A program made the position numbers and the translations under genes. A stretch of DNA of 64,000 nucleotides from Promethearchaeota archaeon (GTDB lineage Archaea > Asgardarchaeota > Hermodarchaeia > Hermodarchaeales > Hermodarchaeaceae). Shown here in pieces: positions 1-7,582 of this stretch. The stretch lies in assembly GCA_048939625.1 (NCBI GenBank), contig JBHLPH010000003.1:72353-136352 (forward strand), read 5' to 3'. How positions within the stretch are numbered: position 1 is the first letter of the stretch; the number at the start of each line of letters is the position of its first letter. The notes beneath the pieces are model-generated. The model saw only the letters and a list, made by a program, of their open reading frames with translations, did not search any database and had not been told where the DNA came from.

Positions 1-2
1 GT

Positions 3-308
3 ACTTACATTGAAACCGCAAAACTCCTTAATCGTTCAGATTTATTGTATATCCATTTCCTCGACTTTGATACACTATATAGAGAGCATATCAGTCGACC
101 ACCGTTAGAATTAGCTCAGAAATTACTTCACCGTACAGATCGTTGGCTTCTCGGATTTTACAAACAGGCCCGAGCCAATACACTTTTTCTTATCCTCGGT
201 AATCAGGGACAACGCGATTATGGTTTGAAATACGAAGGTAAATACCAAGATTGGGCAGCTGCAAATGTGCCCATTTGCCTCGTTATTTACAAACCTGGCG
301 GAGAATAA
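3..308 (+). CDS. 5'-truncated CDS, possibly the C-terminus of a degenerate alkaline-phosphatase-superfamily protein
   Basis: Frame is open from the window edge (TYIETAKLLNRSDLLYIHFLDFD...LILGNQG). DLLYIHFxDxD and LIxGNQG resemble the AlkP motifs (normally xDHG). Confidence 0.45.
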   Translation, partial: TYIETAKLLNRSDLLYIHFLDFDTLYREHISRPPLELAQKLLHRTDRWLLGFYKQARANTLFLILGNQGQRDYGLKYEGKYQDWAAANVPICLVIYKPGGE

Positions 309-312
309 GAAA

Positions 313-675
313 ATGACCAGTCTAATTGAATCCGAGAACGAAAGCGACGAAGAACCTCGCGAGCCCCTTGATCAGCTCGCCACAATTCTTTTTCTTGTAT
401 TTGGTGGAGCTTTGGGGTATTTACTTATTGCCTACAGTTATGGATTATACCCGTTTATTGTAGTAGACCCGATTCAATCACTTCTCCCCACCTGGGATGC
501 TGTGATTACCTTCATTGCACTTCTCATCATTATGTTTGCAGGTCTAATTGGTGGATTAGTTCGAATGCGCTATTCGATTTATCTAGTTGGAGCAGTCACC
601 CTTATTGCGATTTTCGTGATCCTATTCTATGCTTTGCTTGCAGTTAGTCAATTAGTAGGTCCTTTAGCCCCTTAG
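313..675 (+). CDS. Small 3-TM membrane protein with acidic N-terminus (possible EMC6/Get2-like)
   Basis: ATG at 313 just after the upstream stop. Acidic N-tail (ESENESDEEP) followed by three hydrophobic segments. Confidence 0.7.
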   Translation: MTSLIESENESDEEPREPLDQLATILFLVFGGALGYLLIAYSYGLYPFIVVDPIQSLLPTWDAVITFIALLIIMFAGLIGGLVRMRYSIYLVGAVTLIAIFVILFYALLAVSQLVGPLAP

Positions 676-739
676 TAAGGACAAGATAAGCCTAAAAGCA
701 AGTTCTCCATTTGATTCATATAACCGGAGCTACGCCTTC

Positions 740-1714
740 ATGACGCTTGCTGATTTGATGGATAAAGCGACTCTTCGTTTTCTCCTCTTTGGTGGAAAAG
801 GTGGAGTAGGAAAGACCAGCAGTGCCGCTGCATCAGCGCTTTGGGCTGCAGAACATGGACGAGAAACACTCGTACTTAGTACAGACCCAGCTCATAGTCT
901 TGGAGATTGTTTTGCTCAAGACATTAGTGGTGGTGAGATTATACCGATTAAAGGCGTAAAGAATCTATACGGAATGGAAATCAATCCACAAAAGGCATAT
1001 GAGCAATATAAAGAAACAGCCCAGCAATCAGATGCTGGTGATATGGAGGCGATGGGAGGGATGATGGGATTCGATGATTTGGCGGATATGTCCGCTCCTG
1101 GATCAGATGAAACCTTGGCTTTCGCAAAAGTATTGGAGTTCATCCATGAATGTGATTATGATTTAGTTGTCTTTGATACAGCTCCAACAGGCCACACTCT
1201 TCGGCTTTTAGGACTTCCAGAAATGCTGGATAGTTTCTTTGGTAAACTCATCAAGTTACGAATGCGATTCAGCAGTATGTTCAGCCGATTGAAAGTGATC
1301 TTTGGGAGAGGAGATTCATCAGAAGAAGAAAATCCAATGGAGAATTTAGAGAAACTCAAAGCTGCCATAAACGAAGCACGGGTTGAACTAACTGACCCAA
1401 CCAGAACCAGCTTCGTCATCGTCATGATTCCAGAGGCCATGGCTGTATCTGAGACTGAACGCCTTCTTCAAACACTTTACGAATATCAAATACCAACCAG
1501 TCACATCATTGTAAACATGATTTTTCCGGACGTTCCTGAATGCTATTTCTGTAAAGCCCGAAAGAACATGCAAAGCCAATATCTTACTCAAATTCATGAT
1601 ATTTATGACGATTTTACAATTTCTGAAGTACCCTTATTTGCGGATGAGATTCGAGGAATCCCTGCATTAAGCAGACTATCGAATTTATTAACAACCGGAT
1701 TACTTCCTGAATAA
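740..1714 (+). CDS. get3: Get3/TRC40/ArsA-family ATPase (single domain, Get3-like)
   Basis: GGKGGVGKTS P-loop, STDPAHSL switch I, DTAPTGHTLRLL switch II, Met-rich helical insert, CYFC zinc-dimerisation motif. Confidence 0.92.
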   Translation: MTLADLMDKATLRFLLFGGKGGVGKTSSAAASALWAAEHGRETLVLSTDPAHSLGDCFAQDISGGEIIPIKGVKNLYGMEINPQKAYEQYKETAQQSDAGDMEAMGGMMGFDDLADMSAPGSDETLAFAKVLEFIHECDYDLVVFDTAPTGHTLRLLGLPEMLDSFFGKLIKLRMRFSSMFSRLKVIFGRGDSSEEENPMENLEKLKAAINEARVELTDPTRTSFVIVMIPEAMAVSETERLLQTLYEYQIPTSHIIVNMIFPDVPECYFCKARKNMQSQYLTQIHDIYDDFTISEVPLFADEIRGIPALSRLSNLLTTGLLPE

Positions 1715-1725
1715 GGCGAAAAAGA

Positions 1726-1833
1726 ATGAGGAAAAAACAACAAAATCTACTTGTCGCAATCATCCTGATGATTCTCATCATTGGCAGTGTATTCATTGGC
1801 ATCCTCCTACTAAGCCTTCCCTTCTTACCATGA
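1726..1833 (+). CDS. Unannotated 35-aa single-pass membrane microprotein (MRKKQQNLLVAIILMILIIGSVFIGILLLSLPFLP)
   Basis: ATG 11 nt after the get3 stop. Basic N-terminus plus one long hydrophobic helix. Below the ORF-track size cutoff. Confidence 0.6.
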   Translation: MRKKQQNLLVAIILMILIIGSVFIGILLLSLPFLP

Positions 1834-1902
1834 CCTGTAATGGAACTGAGCAAAATTTATTAAGCGATGAGAGATGCCGTCTAGCAGTTCACACTTTTCG
1901 AG

Positions 1903-2118
1903 GTGCTCAAAATAACATTTCGTTGCGCTAAATGTGGGAAAACACTTTCGTGTCCATATTGCCAGACTCCGGTTCCATCGATGCCACCTAGTAATAGATG
2001 TCCCCATTGTGGAAAGCCGTTTGCAACGACCTTACCTTCCAGTAAATGTCCATTCTGCGGAGCCCGGATTATGTATAAGGAGCGCCCCCAAATTATCAAG
2101 AAACTTACCGCAAGGTAA
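1903..2118 (+). CDS. rpoP: RNA polymerase subunit Rpo12/RpoP with an inserted second zinc ribbon
   Basis: N-terminal FRCAKCGK and C-terminal KCPFCGARIMYKERPQIIKKLTAR match RpoP. Extra CPYC...CPHC lies between them. Confidence 0.85.
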   Translation: MLKITFRCAKCGKTLSCPYCQTPVPSMPPSNRCPHCGKPFATTLPSSKCPFCGARIMYKERPQIIKKLTAR

Positions 2119-2241
2119 TCCTTACGGGAGAGTAACCCCACAATCAGTTCTTAATTTTGAACCGATTTCCCAAGTAACTCCGTAAGCTTTTATAGGGGTT
2201 ACATTGGATATCCCTATCACCATAACTCTCTGAGGTAAATA

Positions 2242-2550
2242 ATGTCAGAAATTTGTCCTATTTGCAGTTTGCCTAAAGAAATTTGTCGCTGCCAAGAATT
2301 GGCGAAGACCGAGCAGCGAATTAAAGTAAGCGTTGAAAGACGAAAATGGGGACGAGAAGTCACCCTTATCGAAGGCATTAACAGCCGAGACATCTCACTA
2401 TCTGAGCTAGTCACAAAACTCAAAATGAAATGTGCCTGCGGAGGTAGTGCAAAGGAAGGCATCATCGTCCTTCAGGGAGACCATCGCCATCATATCAAAA
2501 ACATATTAGGCGATCTTGGATTCCCTGCTGACAACGTCGACATCGCTTAA
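2242..2550 (+). CDS. sui1: Translation initiation factor aIF1 (SUI1)
   Basis: CPICSLPKEIC, RRKWGREVTLIEG, LKMKCACGG, IVLQGDHR. Confidence 0.95.
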   Translation: MSEICPICSLPKEICRCQELAKTEQRIKVSVERRKWGREVTLIEGINSRDISLSELVTKLKMKCACGGSAKEGIIVLQGDHRHHIKNILGDLGFPADNVDIA

Positions 2551-2710
2551 TACTGCAAGTCTCTCTGCCAATCTTGATAAGATTCCAAGTTTGCCACTGG
2601 CAAACGAAAAAGAGAGGACCGTATAAACTGCGGTTTCTATCCTTCAAGGCTGAGAGGAAACCTTTTTGTGGAAGCACTCGTTTCAACCTTTCTCCGTGCC
2701 GGGGCACCGT

Positions 2711-2865
2711 GCCGGGATTATGCTGGTAATTCCTTACCGGCTCCCGAAGGTGTAAACTGGTATTTGCCCAGGCGCAATGGTAGCATTGAAGCCTGTGGAA
2801 TCCCATTTGTCCAGGTGGGATGCAGAAAGCTTTAGGTCGGGGTTCGAATCCCTGTCCCGGCACCA
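2711..2865 (+). tRNA. trnH: tRNA-His(GUG) with three introns: 2719-2748 (8/9), 2756-2777 (15/16), 2799-2827 (37/38); CCA encoded
   Basis: Spliced sequence GCCGGGA TG GTGT AATGGTA GCAT T GAAGC CTGTGGA GCTTT AGGT CGGGG TTCGAAT CCCTG TCCCGGC A CCA is a 71-nt canonical cloverleaf. Each intron has a 4-bp central helix flanked by 3-nt bulges. Adjacent to hisS. Confidence 0.9.
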
Positions 2866-2919
2866 TTTTTCAATCCAAAGGAGGATAATAGATAGAAATT
2901 CGAATACGAGTTGAAAAAC

Positions 2920-4404
2920 ATGAAACGTGGAAAAGAGCTAGCCGTAGGTGGGTTTCGCGACTACTACCCAGAGCTTTACCAGAAAATCGATGTAATATTG
3001 CGCGCCTTCCGTGAAATCCCTAAGCTCTTCGGATATATCGAATACGAATGCCCAACGGTAGAACCTCTGGAATTATACGAATTGAAATCGGGACCTTCCC
3101 TCGTTGAAGAAACTTTCAAAGTAACTGATCGGAAGAAGCGACGACTTGTATTACGTCCAGAAACCACACCGTCGTTAGCGAGGATGCTTGCAGTTCAACA
3201 ACAAAATTATCCACGTCCCATCCGATGGTTTTCCATTTCACGTGTATTTCGAGACGAAACTCTACAACGAGGACGCGTCAAGGAATTTTGGCAATTAAAC
3301 GTTGACATACTGGGTACAGAGGACGTCTCCGCTGATGCAGAAGTGATTAATGTTCTTGCAGCCATCATTCTGAGCTTAAACTTCACACCTGAAGACTTTG
3401 TTATTCGAATTAATGATCGCCGGCTCATCCAGAGCTTCATCGAATCCCTAGGTCTGCCAAATTATGTTGAGATTATCCGAGTGTTAGATCGTCGTGAAAA
3501 ACTCTTACAAGAAACTCTCATTACTAAACTTACAAAGGCGGGTACCCCACCAAAAAAAGCGGAAGAAATCGCACTCAAACTCCGTCATTTCTTTGTTGGT
3601 AAGCAGAAAGATATACCCAAACTTCCTCGCACAAAGCAAATAGAAGAATTGAAAAAACAGCTTCCACGTCTTCAACGCGACGCACTAATGAAAACCTTAT
3701 CTGATGCAGGTGTCCCTCAAGATGCTGCCCAACAACTCACAGATTTCTCAGCTATTCGAGGAACCCCAAAGGAGTTTCTTCAAAGAATGAAAGAGGTCAA
3801 ACTAGATGAAGCTACAAAGAAAGCCTTAGAACCCCTTAGACAGCTAGCAGAACAGTTCGAAGATTTAGGATTAACGGAAGTCTGCGAATTCGATGCCGGA
3901 ATTGCCCGGGGCCTTGATTACTATACAGGAATCGTCTTTGAAGCTTGGGATCGAAGTAGTGAATTACCTCGTGCAATTGCAGGAGGAGGTCGTTATGATG
4001 ACCTTGTTGGCATTTTTGAGGGACAGCGCTTGCCAGGTACTGGATTTGGTTTTGGTGAGACTGTTATCATGGAGCTTGCTGAGGAAATGGGCATACTCTC
4101 ACCACCTCCTCCACCAGCAGAAGTTTATCTCGCTCCTGTCTCCAAAAAGCAACTAAGCGTTTGTCGAGAAATTGCCACACAGCTTCGAGCAGCAGGAATC
4201 CGAACCATTTTCAATGGTTTCTCATGGTCCTTGTCTAAGCGTCTCGATGATGCCAGTAAAAGACAGGTACCACTCGCCGCAATTGTCGGACCGCGCGAGC
4301 TTGAGCAAAAATCAGTAAATGTCCGAAATATGAAAAGCGGGAAAGAGAAAATTGTGAAAATAAGTGCCCTTGCAGACTATGTTAAAAGTACTCTGGATTC
4401 CTAA
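2920..4404 (+). CDS. hisS: Histidine--tRNA ligase with expanded insertion domain
   Basis: GFRDY, LRPETT, motif 2 FRDETLQRGRVKEFWQ, ARGLDYYTG, GGGRYDDL, C-terminal anticodon-binding domain. Confidence 0.95.
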   Translation: MKRGKELAVGGFRDYYPELYQKIDVILRAFREIPKLFGYIEYECPTVEPLELYELKSGPSLVEETFKVTDRKKRRLVLRPETTPSLARMLAVQQQNYPRPIRWFSISRVFRDETLQRGRVKEFWQLNVDILGTEDVSADAEVINVLAAIILSLNFTPEDFVIRINDRRLIQSFIESLGLPNYVEIIRVLDRREKLLQETLITKLTKAGTPPKKAEEIALKLRHFFVGKQKDIPKLPRTKQIEELKKQLPRLQRDALMKTLSDAGVPQDAAQQLTDFSAIRGTPKEFLQRMKEVKLDEATKKALEPLRQLAEQFEDLGLTEVCEFDAGIARGLDYYTGIVFEAWDRSSELPRAIAGGGRYDDLVGIFEGQRLPGTGFGFGETVIMELAEEMGILSPPPPPAEVYLAPVSKKQLSVCREIATQLRAAGIRTIFNGFSWSLSKRLDDASKRQVPLAAIVGPRELEQKSVNVRNMKSGKEKIVKISALADYVKSTLDS

Positions 4405-4475
4405 ATTCAAGCCGGATTATAGAACCCCTTTCGCATTGCTTTTTTTGTTAATGAAGAGAAGTCCTTTAATATTAT

Positions 4476-4492
4476 TAGGATATTTTATCCTA
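4476..4492. promoter_or_regulatory. Perfect palindrome TAGGATA-N3-TATCCTA, candidate operator
   Basis: Lies between a TATA-like TTTAATA (~4465) and the start of the DUF4430/ECF operon. Confidence 0.45.
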
Positions 4493-4503
4493 CGAGGAAG
4501 CAG

Positions 4504-5025
4504 GTGATGAAAAGCCATCTCATCATTGGACTTATGATGTTGTCAGCTCTTGGCATATTGATTACACCCCCTATTTCCTATAACCGCTCAGCCGCGACCA
4601 TTATCCATGGATGTCTTGCTGCTGATATCGAGTTGACAATCGATTATGGCAATACAACACAACAGGTATTTTCTAACCAAATTGGAGTTACGGTTTTTGA
4701 TATCCTGAACCAGACTAGTATCGTCACCTTTACCCAATACGCCTATGGTAAATTCATCACGTCGATTAACGGCGTTGAAAACAATGCTAATAATAATGGA
4801 CGGTACTGGCAATATTGGGTCAATGACGAACTAGCACCAGTTGCAGCAGACAACTATCTTCTCACAGATGGCGATCAAGTCTTATGGAAATACTTAGCCT
4901 CAGAAACAACCCCCACAACCCCTCCGGTTCCTGGTCCTGAACTCTTACTTGGCCTTGGATTAATTGTTCTTATCGGCGTTGTTACGGTTGTTGCAGCCTC
5001 AATTATCTATCTAAAGATTCGGTGA
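4504..5025 (+). CDS. DUF4430 (transcobalamin C-terminal-like) membrane-anchored protein, putative cobalamin binder
   Basis: Signal peptide, YGKFITSINGV...YWQYWVN...ADNYLLTDGDQVLWKY, Pro/Thr linker, C-terminal TM. Confidence 0.8.
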   Translation: MMKSHLIIGLMMLSALGILITPPISYNRSAATIIHGCLAADIELTIDYGNTTQQVFSNQIGVTVFDILNQTSIVTFTQYAYGKFITSINGVENNANNNGRYWQYWVNDELAPVAADNYLLTDGDQVLWKYLASETTPTTPPVPGPELLLGLGLIVLIGVVTVVAASIIYLKIR

Positions 5026-5034
5026 ACCCTTTCT

Positions 5035-5757
5035 ATGAGAGCAAAAACATCCATCGGAATCTGTTTCATCTTGTCCTTAACAGTAATTCTATTGTGGGTT
5101 CAGCCCACAATGGCACAGAACCTATCGTATGCACCAGGGTTATATCCGACAGCTCTACATACGCATAAACTTCATTGGCGCATTAACAACGTTACCAATG
5201 CTGCCGTTGAATATGGATTTGGTTCAGGCACTTTCTGGCAAGCAGAAGCGGGCCAAACAATTAGCTTTGAAATCCAAGAAATCGTCAATGATGAATTACA
5301 CGGCCTATTTACAATCGGGAACCTAACGATACCCGCAAATGATTCACGAATCGCGGCAGAAATCGTTTTCAGTATTTGGCCCTGGTTCCCGGGTCTAGTA
5401 TCCCATCTTGACTGGAGTTCAGTTGATCAGTCAGCCACAGAAGTGGCAGCCAGCTTTTATATGAATGGGAGTTTAGAGATCGAGACTAAATCAACAACTA
5501 AAACTTATGAATATCACCAAGGACCTTGGGGAAACCAAAATACAACTCTTACCTACGATTTGGGAACAGGAATTTTACTTTCAGCTTATACGGAGTTCTT
5601 TTTCCTTAATGATTATCATTTAGGCATCGATTTCCTCTTAATTACTCAAAACCCCACAAACCTAGCGACCCTTCTCTTCGTGGCAATTTTAGTTGTCGTT
5701 CTCATCATAGTAATCGCTAGCCTCGCCATTACAAGAGTGCGAACCAAAAAGGAGTGA
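5035..5757 (+). CDS. Secreted, C-terminally anchored hypothetical protein
   Basis: Signal peptide, beta-rich body ending YDLGTGILL, C-terminal TM and basic tail. Confidence 0.75.
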   Translation: MRAKTSIGICFILSLTVILLWVQPTMAQNLSYAPGLYPTALHTHKLHWRINNVTNAAVEYGFGSGTFWQAEAGQTISFEIQEIVNDELHGLFTIGNLTIPANDSRIAAEIVFSIWPWFPGLVSHLDWSSVDQSATEVAASFYMNGSLEIETKSTTKTYEYHQGPWGNQNTTLTYDLGTGILLSAYTEFFFLNDYHLGIDFLLITQNPTNLATLLFVAILVVVLIIVIASLAITRVRTKKE

Positions 5758-6380
5758 TTTACGTGAAAGAAAATGGAGGAGAGCCCCTATCCTCGGACAA
5801 AACCATAGCAATCCGAGTAGCCCTAATTGCGATTTTTGCCGCCTTAGCAATAGGTGGCAATTACGCGCTAAGCGCTATTCCCAATGTGGAACTATCTTCT
5901 GTGATGGTATTTATCAGTGGATTCCTCTTTGGACCTGTAATCGGTTCGCTTGTTGGATTTATTGCCATGGTCATATACCAAGTCTGGAATCCATGGGGAG
6001 CCTTCATCCCGCCCATTGGACTAGCTGTAATTGGATGTACCATTTTCTTCGGGATTGTTGGAGGAATCCTAGGAAAAGCCCTCCAAAGACTCGATTATTC
6101 AGATTGGCGATGGTTTCTTCTGCCAGCCCTATTTGGTGTCCTCCTGACGTTGCTTTATGATTTAGTAACCAATTTCGTATATAGTTTCAGCTTCGGAGTC
6201 CCGTTCATCATTGCACTTATTACAGGATTTCCCTACCTTTTGGTTCATGTCATTAGCAATGGACTTTTGTTTGGATTACTTACTCAACCAGTCACACAAG
6301 CAATTGATCATCTTCAACTGTCATATTTACAATCTTCAAATCATAAAATAGCATCCAAGAAAGAAAAGCTATCCAAATGA
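5754..6380 (+). CDS. ECF transporter S component (CbrT-like)
   Basis: ALIAIFAALA, IPNVEL...GFLFGP, about 6 TMs. Confidence 0.8.
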   Translation: MIYVKENGGEPLSSDKTIAIRVALIAIFAALAIGGNYALSAIPNVELSSVMVFISGFLFGPVIGSLVGFIAMVIYQVWNPWGAFIPPIGLAVIGCTIFFGIVGGILGKALQRLDYSDWRWFLLPALFGVLLTLLYDLVTNFVYSFSFGVPFIIALITGFPYLLVHVISNGLLFGLLTQPVTQAIDHLQLSYLQSSNHKIASKKEKLSK

Positions 6381-6404
6381 TTTGCTAGAAGGATGAAACG
6401 CTGA

Positions 6405-7031
6405 ATGAAGCTTACTCAAATTCTAAACACTGACATCCGTCACGGACATCCTAAGCAGTTTCATCCATGGCACCTTCTCGCAGCGTTCTACACCTTTTGT
6501 CAAAGCACTTCTCCTATCGGTCGGTACCAACTGGGTTCGAACCTTGGGCTAGGTGATGGAAGTATTCGCTCCCTTATTCGATTTCTACGAAACCAAGGAC
6601 TCATTAACCCAGTAAAGCGGCAAGGTCACCGACTATCCCCTGATGGTGAACATTACTGCCAAAAGCTAACTCAAATTCTGATTAAATTCGTTGAACTTCC
6701 AGAGAATGAGTATACTATTGATGTGTTCAACTATGGTTGTCACCTACGACAACTGGCTCCCTTTGTCACAGATGGTGTGCTCCAGCGAGATGCTGCCATG
6801 CGAGCTGGGGCAAGTGGTGCTACGACCTTCATCCAGGATTCAGAACTCAACACCTTAATCATGGCAAAGGACCATCGAATAGACAAAAACGATCTTAAGA
6901 TAGTGCTTGAACAATTCGATATCGGAATTGGTGACGTATTAGTCATCGGATCAGGGACAAATTTTATTTCTGCACAACTTGGTGCATTTGCAGCATCGTT
7001 AACGCTACTTAAGAAGCGGGATGAATCCTAA
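6405..7031 (+). CDS. wHTH plus DUF4443-like protein, putative regulator
   Basis: IGRYQLGSNLGLGDGSIRSL HTH; GVLQRDAAMRAGASGATT motif. Confidence 0.7.
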   Translation: MKLTQILNTDIRHGHPKQFHPWHLLAAFYTFCQSTSPIGRYQLGSNLGLGDGSIRSLIRFLRNQGLINPVKRQGHRLSPDGEHYCQKLTQILIKFVELPENEYTIDVFNYGCHLRQLAPFVTDGVLQRDAAMRAGASGATTFIQDSELNTLIMAKDHRIDKNDLKIVLEQFDIGIGDVLVIGSGTNFISAQLGAFAASLTLLKKRDES

Positions 7032-7582
7032 GAGGTTCGGTTTAGAATGGTTCTAGCAAGTTCGGAGAAAGCAAAATCAACATTCGTATCTTCTTTTGCA
7101 CTTGTTTCAACAAAGACCATCGAGTACTCCTCAGCCTTTTTTCTACCCTCTGCAGCCGACACTTTTGCATCAAGATCTGACTTATTGGCAATAAGAACCA
7201 GCGGAACATCTCCGCACCCACGTTTGACTTCATTCAACCAATAATCAACCCGTTCGAAAGAATCTGGATTCGTCCGATCATATACAAGCAGAACCCCCTT
7301 TGCCCCACGATAATACAACTGACGAATTGGACCAAATCGTTCTTGCCCGCCCGTGTCCCATGCTTGTAATCGCAGGACATTCTCTCCTACAACAATATCT
7401 TTTACATGAAATGCCACACCAATTGTTAAAATATACGTTGGATTAAATATATTTTTTACATATCTAACAAGTAGGCTAGTCTTTCCGACAGCTGCGTCTC
7501 CGACTACGACAGCTTTAGCGATGTGGGTGTAAGGGCGCCTTGCGGTGATTGGTTGGGTGGTGCTTTCGGTGGGATTACTCAT
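7028..7582 (-). CDS. Rab-like small GTPase (no C-terminal prenylation motif)
   Basis: GDAAVGKTS, TIGVAF, WDTGGQERF, YYRGA, NKSD, ETSAK. Confidence 0.95.
   Translation of the reverse strand: MSNPTESTTQPITARRPYTHIAKAVVVGDAAVGKTSLLVRYVKNIFNPTYILTIGVAFHVKDIVVGENVLRLQAWDTGGQERFGPIRQLYYRGAKGVLLVYDRTNPDSFERVDYWLNEVKRGCGDVPLVLIANKSDLDAKVSAAEGRKKAEEYSMVFVETSAKEDTNVDFAFSELARTILNRTS

Noticed and set aside
2640-2670. GGCTGAGAGG resembling a TPP riboswitch or hammerhead core
   Set aside because: The remaining conserved elements (ACCTGAT...GCG.AGGGA, or stem II) are absent.
2720-2786. Single large D-loop insertion in tRNA-His using ATGC/GCAT as the D stem
   Set aside because: This gives U9/A10 and no clean BHB. 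The two-intron parse gives canonical U8-G9-G10, A14 and G18G19 with correct bulge geometry.
2495-2866. 123-aa minus-strand ORF, and the 82-aa ORF at 58953-59201
   Set aside because: Spurious translations antisense to tRNA genes.
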